Shown one piece after another: positions 15,631 through 25,461 of a stretch of 37,510 bases of DNA. How positions within the stretch are numbered: position 1 is the stretch's first letter; every line of letters starts with the position of its first letter. Made by a program: the position numbers and the translations under genes. A model generated the notes under the pieces. The model had not been told where the DNA came from. It was given only the letters and a program-made list of their open reading frames with translations, and did not search any database. Source of the DNA: a virus (taxonomy: Duplodnaviria > Caudoviricetes); IMG/VR virus record IMGVR_UViG_3300030059_001343, positions 1 through 37,510 of that record; one strand, given 5' to 3'.

Positions 15631-17256
15631 ATGGACAACGACGAAATTTTCAAACGTTTCGACTTATTACGAAATGGTCGAGGGACTTGGGAAGCTCATT
15701 GGGAAGAAATTGCCGAACGTGTCTTGCCTCGATCTGCCGAATTTACTGGTGAACGGACACAAGGCGACAAGCGGACCCACAAACTTTATGACGCAACCGC
15801 CGCTTTGGCGTTAGAGCGTTTCTCTGCCGCTGTCGAAAGCCTTTTAACCCCACGCGGTGCAACTTGGCATACGTTACGGTCAACCAACTCAGAATTAAAT
15901 AGAGACGACGATGTGCGACTGTGGTTTGACAAAGTTCAAAAGACTATGTTTGCTCACCGCTATTCTCCTAAAGCTAACTTTGCCGGGCAGACGCACGAGG
16001 GCTATATGAGCCTTGGCGCTTTTGGCACTGGCATTACTTTCGTCGATGAAGCTCCAACAAGAGGTGCTATTTACCGGGCAGTACACTTAGCTGACGCTTT
16101 TATTGCTGAGAACGAGCACGGTCAAATTGACACTGTCTTTAGGCGCTTTGAAGTTTCAGCCCGGCAAGCCATGCGGATGTTTCAAGACGGCGACCTATCT
16201 GACGATCTACGCAAGACGGCAACAGACAAGCCTGACGAAAAAGTAAAACTTTTACATGTCGTGATGCCTCGAACCGACCGCGACCCAACCCGGCGCGACC
16301 GAAAAAATACGCCGTGGTTCTCCGGCTATTATGAAATGAAGACAAAGAATTTGATCGAAGAAGGCGGTTTTGAAACCATGCCTTACATCGTGTCACGGTA
16401 TGTGACGGGCCCACGCGAGACGTATGGCCGCTCGCCCTGCATGACAATCTTGCCTGACATCAAAATGATTAACGAGATGTCAAAGACAGTCATCCGTGCC
16501 GCGCAAAAAGTGGTCGATCCACCCCTTTTGATCGCGGATGAAGGAGTTATGTTCCCTATAAACACGAACCCCGGCGCGGCAACCTTCGCCCGGATGGATG
16601 GCCGGAACCAACCGCCCGTTCAGCCTCTGCAAACGGGAGCGCGTGTAGACATTGGCTTTGAAATGATGGAGCAACGCCGCAAAGTAATAAATGACGCTTT
16701 TTTAGTGACTTTGTTCCAAATCTTGGTTGAAACACCATCTATGACCGCGACCGAAGTTTTGCAACGAGCTCAAGAAAAGGGCGCTTTGTTAGCTCCGACC
16801 ATTGGCAGGCAGCAAACCGAGATGTTAGGGCCGCTGATCGAGCGTGAGTTCGACATCCTCGACTCTCAAGGTTTAATCCCACCCTTGCCCCCGGCACTTA
16901 TCGAGGCTGGCGGCGAATACGAAATTGAATATGTCAGTCCTTTGTCTCGCGCCATGAAGGCTGAAGAAGGCGTTGGTATCTTGCGGACGCTTGAAATGGT
17001 CCAGCCTATCGCAGCTGTCGATCCGGGCGTCATGGATAATTTTGATACGGACGAAATCACGCGCATTTTGGCTGATACTAACGGAGCCCCTCAACGCATA
17101 TTGCGGAGCCAAGATGAAATAGCCGGAATGCGCGACCAACGAGGACAGCAAGAAGCCATGCAGGCTGGATTGTCAGCAGCGCCACAAGCAGCAGACGCCG
17201 CCCTTAAAGTCGCCCAAATATCTGAAATGGGCCAGCTAGGGCCGTCGCAGGGTTAA
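15631..17256 (+). CDS. Portal/head-tail connector (T7 gp8/BPP-1-like)
   Basis: WE.HWEEIA..VLP, YDATA..A, LGAFGTG, GF..MPY.V.R.....GE.YGRSP-like segment, MTATEV..R..EK...LAP. Confidence 0.93.
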   Translation: MDNDEIFKRFDLLRNGRGTWEAHWEEIAERVLPRSAEFTGERTQGDKRTHKLYDATAALALERFSAAVESLLTPRGATWHTLRSTNSELNRDDDVRLWFDKVQKTMFAHRYSPKANFAGQTHEGYMSLGAFGTGITFVDEAPTRGAIYRAVHLADAFIAENEHGQIDTVFRRFEVSARQAMRMFQDGDLSDDLRKTATDKPDEKVKLLHVVMPRTDRDPTRRDRKNTPWFSGYYEMKTKNLIEEGGFETMPYIVSRYVTGPRETYGRSPCMTILPDIKMINEMSKTVIRAAQKVVDPPLLIADEGVMFPINTNPGAATFARMDGRNQPPVQPLQTGARVDIGFEMMEQRRKVINDAFLVTLFQILVETPSMTATEVLQRAQEKGALLAPTIGRQQTEMLGPLIEREFDILDSQGLIPPLPPALIEAGGEYEIEYVSPLSRAMKAEEGVGILRTLEMVQPIAAVDPGVMDNFDTDEITRILADTNGAPQRILRSQDEIAGMRDQRGQQEAMQAGLSAAPQAADAALKVAQISEMGQLGPSQG

Positions 17257-17523
17257 ATGAGCAAACCACAACAGAACAAGGTTCAAGCTGAGATTATGCA
17301 GGCGTACCGGGACGTTTTTCTTTACACGCCACAAGGTCAAGTCATTTTTAAAGATATGCTTAAAGTGTCCGGCCTGTATCAAATGAGCGGAGTTAGAGAC
17401 AACGCCGAGCTTCAGCATATGGAAGGCGGCAGAGATATGGTGCGTCGGATTATTACGATCCTCGCATTGGATGAAAACCAAATAACAAAATTAGCAATAG
17501 GAGAGACAATTAATGCCGAATGA
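17257..17523 (+). CDS. Small conserved protein between portal and scaffold (Bbp19-like)
   Basis: YRDVF..PQGQ.IFKDM, EGGRDMV..I pattern; synteny. Confidence 0.7.
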   Translation: MSKPQQNKVQAEIMQAYRDVFLYTPQGQVIFKDMLKVSGLYQMSGVRDNAELQHMEGGRDMVRRIITILALDENQITKLAIGETINAE

Positions 17524-18328
17524 TCTTGACGGGTCCGTACTTGATGCGGGTAACCCAGAAGACGCAGGGGCAACCCCCGCCTCTTGGAACGATGACGGAT
17601 ATAATGAGCTTGTAACAGCCAAAGGTTGGAGCGGTCCAAATGACGTTTTAGAGAGCTACGTAAATTTAGAAAAAGCTGTTGGTGCAGACAAAGTTGTCTT
17701 GCCAAATGCTGACACTGATTTACGCGAGTGGGAAGGCTGGTCAAAGCTTGGCACTCCTGATGAGGCTTCGGCGTATGAGCTCAATGCTCCAGAAGGACAC
17801 GAAAGTTACGACCAAGGTCTATCTGATTGGTTCCGCGAAGTTGCTTACGAAAACAAAATGCCAGCATCGATGGCTCAAGCTATGCACGACAAGTTTGTTG
17901 AGCGCATGAGTGAAGGCCAAATGAACCAATCTGAGCAAATCGATCAGCAAAACGATTTGTGGCATACAGAAATGCAAACCAAATTTGGAACGGCTTTTGA
18001 TGAGCGCGTAGCCGCCGCCAACTCAGCAGTTCGAGAATTTGGCGGTGAAGAATTACGCGATGTATTAAATCAAGCAAACCTTGGCATGCACCCCGTCGTC
18101 ATCAACGCCTTATCGAAAATTGGCGTTGCGCTAGGCAAAGGGCCACAATTTAAAGACAGTGAAAGCTCTGGGCAGTTTGGCACGACACCAGAAATGGCGA
18201 AGGAACAAATTGCCGCAATTCGGACTAACCCCGGATTAATGGACGCTTCGCATCCAGAGCATAAAGTCCTCAACCAAAAGTTGACGCGACTAACAGAATT
18301 AGCTTACGGGACTGAAATCGCAAGCTAA
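17513..18328 (+). CDS. Capsid scaffolding protein
   Basis: SY.NLEK.VG, KLGTPD...YEL, acidic helical body, HPEHK tail; directly before the capsid gene. Confidence 0.85.
   Translation: MPNDLDGSVLDAGNPEDAGATPASWNDDGYNELVTAKGWSGPNDVLESYVNLEKAVGADKVVLPNADTDLREWEGWSKLGTPDEASAYELNAPEGHESYDQGLSDWFREVAYENKMPASMAQAMHDKFVERMSEGQMNQSEQIDQQNDLWHTEMQTKFGTAFDERVAAANSAVREFGGEELRDVLNQANLGMHPVVINALSKIGVALGKGPQFKDSESSGQFGTTPEMAKEQIAAIRTNPGLMDASHPEHKVLNQKLTRLTELAYGTEIAS
17531..17556 (+). promoter_or_regulatory. Bulged RNA hairpin motif, copy 1 (inside the 5' end of the scaffold CDS)
   Basis: gggt-ccgta-cttga-tgcgg-gta-accc. Confidence 0.6.
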
Positions 18329-18329
18329 A

Positions 18330-18398
18330 CCAGATAACCCTCACGGGTCTGGGACAGACGGCGGGATAGACCGCGCAGGGTCCGATACGGGCAACCCT
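18330..18398 (+). promoter_or_regulatory. Structured capsid mRNA leader: three hairpins, two carrying the bulged motif
   Basis: ccag-ata-accc-tcac-gggt-ctgg; gcgg-gataga-ccgc; agggt-ccg-ata-cgg-gca-accct. Confidence 0.65.
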
Positions 18399-18441
18399 TT
18401 AATCATCTTTATTTTTAACCAACGCAAAAGGAGAATTGACC

Positions 18442-19323
18442 ATGTCAGTTCAAATTACTACGGCGTTCGTTGAGCAGTATAAAGGTAACGTCGAACACCT
18501 TGTTCAGCAAAAGGGATCTCGCCTTCGTGATTGTGTCTCAATCGAGACAGTCACTGGTGAAAACGCTTTTTTTGAGCAGATCGGTTCGGTTGCCGCTGTG
18601 GAACGCCAATCTCGTCACGAAGACACAGTTAGGATTGATACCCCTCACTCCCGTCGGCGTGTTTCTCTCGCCGACTATGTCTTCGCTGACCTCATTGAAG
18701 ATGAAGACCGCATTCGGATGCTAATTGATCCGACTGGTCCATATTCGACAGCCTGCGCTAACGCGATGGGCCGTTCAATGGATGACGTTATAATTGCCGC
18801 TGCTGACGGTACTGCTCAAACGGGCAAAACTGGAAGCACAGCAACGGACTATTTGGCGGCAATGACTGTTGACGTTCAAGTTGGAATTAGCCCTGCGGCT
18901 GACACTGGCTTAAATGTTGGCAAACTTCGTGCAGCAAAAAAGAACCTTGACGCTAATGAAGCTGAAGATAATGACCGAGTTATGGTTATTAACGCTATGC
19001 AACTTCAGAACTTGTTAGCAGAAACTGAAATTACTTCATCTGACTTTAATACGGTCAAAGCGTTAGTAGCTGGCGAAGTAAATTCCTTCATGGGTTTCCA
19101 AATCAAGCGCACCGAGCGCATTGGCGTGGATTCAAATGCTGACGACAAAGTTTTATACTGGCAAAAATCAGGCATGAAACTAGCTGTAGGAAAAGAGCCT
19201 ACCGTCAAAATCACCGAGCGTGCAGATAAAAACTACGCGACTCAAGTTTACACATCGATGTCGATTGGTGCTACCCGCATGCAAGAAGAGCTTGTTGGGT
19301 ACATCGAATGTCATCCAAGTTAA
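18442..19323 (+). CDS. Major capsid protein (BPP-1-like, HK97 fold)
   Basis: AFVEQY..NV..L.QQKGSRLR, DTPHSRRRV, AMGRSMDDVII, SSDFNTVKALVAGEVNSFMGF, MSIGATRMQEE; SD aaggag. Confidence 0.93.
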   Translation: MSVQITTAFVEQYKGNVEHLVQQKGSRLRDCVSIETVTGENAFFEQIGSVAAVERQSRHEDTVRIDTPHSRRRVSLADYVFADLIEDEDRIRMLIDPTGPYSTACANAMGRSMDDVIIAAADGTAQTGKTGSTATDYLAAMTVDVQVGISPAADTGLNVGKLRAAKKNLDANEAEDNDRVMVINAMQLQNLLAETEITSSDFNTVKALVAGEVNSFMGFQIKRTERIGVDSNADDKVLYWQKSGMKLAVGKEPTVKITERADKNYATQVYTSMSIGATRMQEELVGYIECHPS

Positions 19324-19335
19324 GGAGGACTTGAA

Positions 19336-19830
19336 ATGGCTGTAACTGTACAAAAATCTGTTGAGCTTACCAACGCTGATGCAACACCAATTGTAAAAGC
19401 AAATACAACGGAAATGCACGGCGTTATAAGAATTGCTTTTTTTACTCACGCTCAAGCTGGCGTAGGTGACACGGGCAGTTCAATTGGTCTTTGCCGTCTT
19501 CCGGCAGGCCGGGTAAGGCTTCTGGCGTCAATGTCAAAGGCATATGTTAATTGGACGACAAGTTCAGCAACATTAGACCTTGGTTGGGACTCTTACACAA
19601 ACACGGCTGGGGCAACTGTCGCGGCTGACGCAGATGGGTTAGTAGACGGGCTGGCTGTAGACACAGTTGGTTTCCAAACATTTGAAGGAGCCATTGCGGC
19701 AAACCTTTTAATGGGCGGTGCTTACGTTTTTGACTCACAAGATGGCGTCGTCATTCGTGCGACGGCAACAGACAACGCTCAAGTGGCAGGCGACGATCTT
19801 GTCGGCTACTTAGCTTATGTCGTTGATTAA
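19336..19830 (+). CDS. Putative capsid decoration/cement protein
   Basis: Strong SD aggagg; co-transcribed with the capsid gene before a terminator; beta-rich, LPAG...ATLDLG. Confidence 0.65.
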   Translation: MAVTVQKSVELTNADATPIVKANTTEMHGVIRIAFFTHAQAGVGDTGSSIGLCRLPAGRVRLLASMSKAYVNWTTSSATLDLGWDSYTNTAGATVAADADGLVDGLAVDTVGFQTFEGAIAANLLMGGAYVFDSQDGVVIRATATDNAQVAGDDLVGYLAYVVD

Positions 19831-19837
19831 ATTGATC

Positions 19838-19866
19838 GGGGGGCTTCGGTCCCCCTTTCTTTTTTT
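19838..19866 (+). terminator. Intrinsic terminator after the head genes
   Basis: ggggggc-ttcg-gtccccc (cUUCGg loop) plus T tract. Confidence 0.92.
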
Positions 19867-19877
19867 AAGGAAATAAT

Positions 19878-20432
19878 ATGGCAACAACTTTTGTTGAAAT
19901 TGCAAATCGTGCGATTACGTTTTTAGGTGCAACTCCAATTACGTCTTTAAATGATGACACAAAAGAAGGCCGTGCTGTCAAAAGATTGTTCGAGCAAACA
20001 CGCGATCAGCTTTTACGAGATCATTCGTGGAACTTTGCAATTAAAAGAGTTAGCTTGGCGGCCAATACAACTGCACCAGTTTTCGAATATACGAATGCTT
20101 TTGATTTTCCAAACAACACTTTAAGAATTATTGATGTAAACACGACTGAACAATGGGCCGTCGAGGGTCAACAAATTGTTAGTGATGCTGCTGCACCTTT
20201 GCAAATTGTGTATGTGGAACGTGTTACAGATCCAAATTTATTTGATACAAAATTTATTGAAGCTTTCAGCCTTCGCCTTGCTGCTGACATCGCTTACGAC
20301 ATAACAGCATCACAAACCGTTGCGGCAACGGCTGAACAGAAATTTGCCGCAATGTTAAAAGAAGCTCGACTAGTTGATTCACAGGAATCACTCTCGGCTA
20401 GTGAACAATCATGGTTAAGTGTGAGAGTTTAA
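19878..20432 (+). CDS. Tail tubular protein A/adaptor (T7 gp11-like)
   Basis: VEIANRAITFLGA..ITSL, LLRDHSWNFA.KR..LA, FD..F.EA...RLAA.IA. Confidence 0.88.
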   Translation: MATTFVEIANRAITFLGATPITSLNDDTKEGRAVKRLFEQTRDQLLRDHSWNFAIKRVSLAANTTAPVFEYTNAFDFPNNTLRIIDVNTTEQWAVEGQQIVSDAAAPLQIVYVERVTDPNLFDTKFIEAFSLRLAADIAYDITASQTVAATAEQKFAAMLKEARLVDSQESLSASEQSWLSVRV

Positions 20433-20433
20433 C

Positions 20434-23205
20434 ATGTCTCGCGTTTCTGTAATAACAACAAATTTTACTGCTGGCGAATTATCACCACAACTTTTCGGGC
20501 GTGTTGATATTGCTAAATATAACAATGGCGCGGAGACATTAGAAAATTTTATGGTAATGCCTCACGGGGGCATATCACGGCGACCCGGCACTCGCTTTGT
20601 AAAAGAGGTAAAATCATCAGCGGCTAAAACGCGCCTGATACCATTTGAGTTTTCAACGACACAAGCTTACTGCATTGAGCTTGGAAATTACTATGCGCGA
20701 TTTTACAAAGAGCAAGGTGCAATCTTAGAAGATAACAAGACAATCTCTGGGGCAACTAAAGCTAATCCATGCGTCATAACTGCGACAAGTCACGGATATT
20801 CAAACGGCGACGAAGTATATATAGCAGCTGTAGTTGGTATGATTGAATTAAATGGAAAATATTATAAGATTAAAAACAAAGCAACCAACACATTTGAGCT
20901 AACTGATATTGATGACAATAATATAAATTCAAGTGGCTTTACAACTTATGATTCGGCTGGAACAGCGGCTCGCGTTTACACAATCGTCACAACTTATGAA
21001 ACGGCAGATTTGTTTAATATTCAATTTGCTCAATCTGCCGACGTTATTTATTTAGCGCATCCAGAGTACGCACCCAAAAAAATATCACGTACTGCACATA
21101 CAAATTGGACTATTACTGATGTTGTTTATACGGATGGGCCATATCAAACTGAAAATTTAACGACAACAACGCTAGAGCCTAATGCTGCGTCAGGTACAAG
21201 TAAAACGATTACCGCATCTTCCATTGCTGGCATAAACGGTGGTGCTGGCTTTGCGTCAACTGACGTAGGCAGACTAATCTCCATTGGTCACCAAGCAAGC
21301 GCTTGGGTGGCTGAGACTGCGTATGCGGTCGGCATTGTAAAGCGAGCTAATGGAAATGTTTACGAGGTAATTAGGGCTGGAACAACTGACGTTGCAGCAA
21401 CGCTTGGGCCATCTGGCGAAGGCGACGAAATTGTAGACGCTACAGTTACATGGAAATTTTTGCGCGATGGTGGTATCCAATGGGGGTACGCTACAGTTAC
21501 TGCTTTTACAAACACAACCGTAGTTGTGGTAACAATAAATGCAACTTTTGGTGGGACATCTGCTGAAACAAAATGGCGCTTAGGAGCATGGTCGGGAACT
21601 TCGGGTTATCCCGCCGCCGTCGCCTTTTACGAACAACGGTTATTCTGGGCTGGATCAACCGAGCAACCGCAAACATTGTGGGGATCGAAATCCGGCGACT
21701 ATGAGAACCATACGCCCGGCACACTAGACGACGACCCCGTCATTTATACTTTGGCAACAGATCAAGTCAACGCAATCCGCTGGTTGTCGCCCGGCAAGGT
21801 CATGGCTGTCGGCACTGTCGGCGGTGAGTTCGTCATATCGGGCTCAACAACGAGTGACCCGCTAACACCGACAAACGTCCGCGTCGTCAGAGAAGGCACA
21901 CGCGGTAGCCACACACACAAACCTATTCGTGTAGATAACACGGTTATCTTTATTCAGCGCCAAAAAAGAAAGTTACGCGAGTTTACTTACGCATTTGAAT
22001 CAGACAGTTATCAATCACCTGACTTAACAATTTTATCGCCACAAGTTGCCAAAGGCGGCATAACTGAGTTGGCTTATCAGCAAGAGCCAAATACGACGAT
22101 CTGGGGTGTAAAGGCTGATGGTCAGCTAGTTGGCCTTACTTATTTACGTGATCAGCAAGTTATCGCGTGGCATAGACATAAAATTGGCGGCGTTAGTGGC
22201 ACTTGCACCGTTACCGTTAGCGATTACGCTAACATTGCGGTTGGGACAACTTTAACATTTACTAAATCCAATAATAAAACGGTAACCTTTACCAGCGAAG
22301 CTGTTGGCGGTAGCGCTCCAGTAGACACTACGTTTGGTTTTCGACCCAACACAAGTAACAACACAACAGCTGACAATATATTTACCCGCATAAATGCACA
22401 CCCAGATTTTACAGTAGCTAATCCAGCGGCGGCTGTTGTTACAATCGAAGAAACTGTCCGCGCAGGAGCAGCCCCGCTCAAAGTTGTTTCAAACGATACC
22501 GTTCGTTTAACAACAACAGATCAAGCCATATCAATCGTAGAAAGTTTAAGCGTAATTCCATCGTCAAATAATGGCGAAGAGGAACTATGGATGATAGTAC
22601 AGAGAACCGTCGATGGAGTTACCCGGCGATACGTCGAATTTATGGAAGCAAGCTTTGACCTCGATGAAAATTCAACGAAAGAAAAAGCATTTTTTGTTGA
22701 TTGCGGCCTTAGCTATGACTCGTCAGCAACACAAACAATTAGTGGGTTAAATCATTTAGAAGGTCAAACAGTTAAAACTTTAGGCGATGGAAGCACCTAC
22801 GCAGGTCAAGCCGTCACCGATGGTGGAATTTCAGGAATATTGCCAGCAATTAAAAAGGCTCAAATTGGTTTATCATACGAGTCAATTGTAAAAACGTTGC
22901 GGCCAGAAGCAGGGGCTGACGATGGAACGGCTCAGGGAAAAACTAAGCGCGTCTTTGATTTAACTGTAAGATTTTTACAAACGCTTGGCGCGAAAGTTTC
23001 TGAAGATGGCGTAAATTACGATGAGATCCAATTCCGTGCTGGCAGTGACAGGATGGATAAAAGTCCACCATTATTTAATGGCGACAAACAAATACAATTT
23101 CGAGGCGGTTGGGAGACAGAAGGTCAAATCTTTATAAAACAAGACCAACCACTTCCTATTCACATCACTGCAATTTTAACGCGCTTAGTAACAAACGATG
23201 GATAA
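20434..23205 (+). CDS. Tail tubular protein B/nozzle (T7 gp12-like) with inserted domains
   Basis: NFTAGELSP.LFGR.D, PHGG..RRPGT, AQSADV, GYP..VAFYEQRL, AYQQEP, AWHRH, L.HLEGQTV. Confidence 0.92.
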   Translation: MSRVSVITTNFTAGELSPQLFGRVDIAKYNNGAETLENFMVMPHGGISRRPGTRFVKEVKSSAAKTRLIPFEFSTTQAYCIELGNYYARFYKEQGAILEDNKTISGATKANPCVITATSHGYSNGDEVYIAAVVGMIELNGKYYKIKNKATNTFELTDIDDNNINSSGFTTYDSAGTAARVYTIVTTYETADLFNIQFAQSADVIYLAHPEYAPKKISRTAHTNWTITDVVYTDGPYQTENLTTTTLEPNAASGTSKTITASSIAGINGGAGFASTDVGRLISIGHQASAWVAETAYAVGIVKRANGNVYEVIRAGTTDVAATLGPSGEGDEIVDATVTWKFLRDGGIQWGYATVTAFTNTTVVVVTINATFGGTSAETKWRLGAWSGTSGYPAAVAFYEQRLFWAGSTEQPQTLWGSKSGDYENHTPGTLDDDPVIYTLATDQVNAIRWLSPGKVMAVGTVGGEFVISGSTTSDPLTPTNVRVVREGTRGSHTHKPIRVDNTVIFIQRQKRKLREFTYAFESDSYQSPDLTILSPQVAKGGITELAYQQEPNTTIWGVKADGQLVGLTYLRDQQVIAWHRHKIGGVSGTCTVTVSDYANIAVGTTLTFTKSNNKTVTFTSEAVGGSAPVDTTFGFRPNTSNNTTADNIFTRINAHPDFTVANPAAAVVTIEETVRAGAAPLKVVSNDTVRLTTTDQAISIVESLSVIPSSNNGEEELWMIVQRTVDGVTRRYVEFMEASFDLDENSTKEKAFFVDCGLSYDSSATQTISGLNHLEGQTVKTLGDGSTYAGQAVTDGGISGILPAIKKAQIGLSYESIVKTLRPEAGADDGTAQGKTKRVFDLTVRFLQTLGAKVSEDGVNYDEIQFRAGSDRMDKSPPLFNGDKQIQFRGGWETEGQIFIKQDQPLPIHITAILTRLVTNDG

Positions 23206-23209
23206 TTAA

Positions 23210-23770
23210 ATGTGTATTGAAGCGATTATGTTTGGCACGAAGGCAGCGGCGTCATCTGGCTTGTTTGGATCGGCGGGGAATTACGGTTTAGGGCAAACGC
23301 TTTCATCCTTGGGCTCGGCCAGCGGAATATTTAGTAGTATTTACTCAAGCCAAACGCAACAGGTCAATTACGATTATCAAGCTCACATGGCAAATTACAA
23401 CGCAGCTATTGCTGACAATAATGCGGTCATGGCTAAACAAGCCTCTGAATACGAAGCCGACCTTTTTGACAGCAAGTTAAATAGAATGATGTCTACTCAA
23501 ACAACTAAATTTGCAAAGTCTGGCGTCGTGATTAACCAAGACACACCGCTAGATGTTTCGGCTGATACCAGTTCTGAAGGCGCGTTAGAACGTCTTGCCA
23601 TTTTGTACCGAGGCCAGACCGAGGCAGATGCCAGCCGGGCGTCGTCAACAAACCAACGCTTTGCGTCGGTTAATGCAAAGCAAAATGCGTCGAGAGCAAA
23701 ATATGGCGGCTATTTGAACGCGGCAGGAGCGGCGGCAACAGGCGCTAATAGATTAGGACTTCTTACATAA
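23210..23770 (+). CDS. Internal virion (ejection) protein, T7 gp14-like, Met-Cys start
   Basis: MCIEAIMFG, Gly/Ala-rich N-terminus, helical core, FAKSGV....TPLDV; synteny. Confidence 0.75.
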   Translation: MCIEAIMFGTKAAASSGLFGSAGNYGLGQTLSSLGSASGIFSSIYSSQTQQVNYDYQAHMANYNAAIADNNAVMAKQASEYEADLFDSKLNRMMSTQTTKFAKSGVVINQDTPLDVSADTSSEGALERLAILYRGQTEADASRASSTNQRFASVNAKQNASRAKYGGYLNAAGAAATGANRLGLLT

Positions 23771-25461
23771 TGGCTGTCATCCCAACTTTCCAAAGGCAAC
23801 AAGGGCTTCCCCGATCAACAGGGATGACCGGGCTCCCCGCCGTCAAGATCGACGACCACATTGGCAACGCTTTAGGTAATTTTGGACAATCTATATCCGC
23901 TGTTGGAAACACTCTTGTTCTGGCGCAAGCTGAAGCGGAAGTGTCAACGGCAACGACGACGGCTCAGATCCAATTTGCTCAATTAGAAGCAAACTCTGCA
24001 AAAGAAGACGGACTTGTCGCTAATCAGAAGTTTGGGGATCGCGCACTAAGTATATTTGAAAAAGCGTCTTCTATTATTGCAACCCCGCAAGGTAAAAAAG
24101 CGTTTCAATCAAAATTTAATATTTTGTCGGCATCGTCGCAAGTTAAAGTTAGTGCGGCTGGAACTGCAAGAAAGTTTGACCAACTTAAAGCAGGTTTAAT
24201 TACAGATCTCGATACTAAGGTTAATTTAATTAAACAAAATATGAGTCCCGGAGAAAGGCTACTTATCGAAACTAGTGGTCTTTCTAGTATTGATAAGATG
24301 GTAAAGTCTGGCGTTATTGATGCTACCTTTGGAGCAAAGCTAAAAATTAAATTTAAACAGGACTCATCTAAAAATGGAATTTTATCTTGGGTCAATTCAC
24401 AGGCGAAAGATAGCCTTGTTGAAGTTTATGACCAAATGGCAGAAGGCGTGTTTAAAGGTAACAATGCAAAACAAAATGCCGCTGACTGGAGCAACCTTAA
24501 TGAGAAAGAGCGCAACACCTTGCGTAATGGAGTAGCAACTGAGCTTAGAAGTTTGCAGGCACAACAAAATGCAAATGACAGAAAAAGCGATAAGGAAAAC
24601 AAGCTAGACCAAGAAGAGACGACATCAACAATAGCAAGTATGATTCAAATGGTGTCAATAGGAGAAGAACTTCCTAACAACCAAAAATTGCCAACATTAA
24701 GGGATATTGAATTATTTAAAACAAATCGTAAAATTACGGGACCTCAAGCAATGACACTTGGCAAAATGTTAGTTGCTATGGAAAACGCAAAAACTGATGA
24801 GCCTGTTTTGCTTAGATTGCAAAACGAAATCTATGACATAGCCGATTTATCGCCAGAAGATCAAACAGTAGAAATAGCCAATATAAAAAGACAAATGATG
24901 AGGCTGTCGGAAGATGGCCGACTTGAGGCGAGCCACGGCAGTTCTCTTACTGGATTAATAAATAAAGTTCTGACTGCCGGATATAAACACTCGCCAGAAG
25001 CACGGGCGCGAAAATCACTTGGGCATTTGTTAGGAGCGCAAGATCAAGAATTTACTCTTTCGGGTATAAATCCTGACCCCGGCGCGGCAAACAGAATACA
25101 AAATGCACTTAATGAGTATGACGCCCGTATGGATGAAGGCGAAGAAAAAGCTTGGGACGTTCACTCCGATTTACTTAAACGTGCAAGAATTGAACTTCCG
25201 GGGTTGAACTCATTTGTTAAACCACAATTTGGTTCGGCAAAGGATTTAGATGAATGGGCAAGTACGGATGTAACAGAAACATCTTTAAAATTAGCTACGG
25301 CTTTAAAAGAAAAAAAGATTACAAAAGCCGCTTTTAACGCAAGCGCACAGGCGCTTTCTCAAATTGGGGCTATAATTGCAAACAACAAAAGACTTGATAC
25401 TGAAGAAAAAAATAGAACTAAAGACGCAAAAACAGAAGCAGATAGAAGGAAAAAAGACTAA
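23770..25461 (+). CDS. Internal virion (ejection) protein, gp15-like
   Basis: MAVIPTF start, long helical protein, TAATG coupling, synteny. Confidence 0.7.
   Translation: MAVIPTFQRQQGLPRSTGMTGLPAVKIDDHIGNALGNFGQSISAVGNTLVLAQAEAEVSTATTTAQIQFAQLEANSAKEDGLVANQKFGDRALSIFEKASSIIATPQGKKAFQSKFNILSASSQVKVSAAGTARKFDQLKAGLITDLDTKVNLIKQNMSPGERLLIETSGLSSIDKMVKSGVIDATFGAKLKIKFKQDSSKNGILSWVNSQAKDSLVEVYDQMAEGVFKGNNAKQNAADWSNLNEKERNTLRNGVATELRSLQAQQNANDRKSDKENKLDQEETTSTIASMIQMVSIGEELPNNQKLPTLRDIELFKTNRKITGPQAMTLGKMLVAMENAKTDEPVLLRLQNEIYDIADLSPEDQTVEIANIKRQMMRLSEDGRLEASHGSSLTGLINKVLTAGYKHSPEARARKSLGHLLGAQDQEFTLSGINPDPGAANRIQNALNEYDARMDEGEEKAWDVHSDLLKRARIELPGLNSFVKPQFGSAKDLDEWASTDVTETSLKLATALKEKKITKAAFNASAQALSQIGAIIANNKRLDTEEKNRTKDAKTEADRRKKD

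Noticed and set aside
18330-18398. tRNA or intrinsic terminator in the capsid leader
   Set aside because: No cloverleaf or T-loop consensus, and the stems are bulged without a clean U-tract, so a regulatory leader fits better.
19300-19340. T7-style capsid frameshift or read-through extension
   Set aside because: No slippery sequence is evident, and the downstream gene has its own strong SD and ATG.
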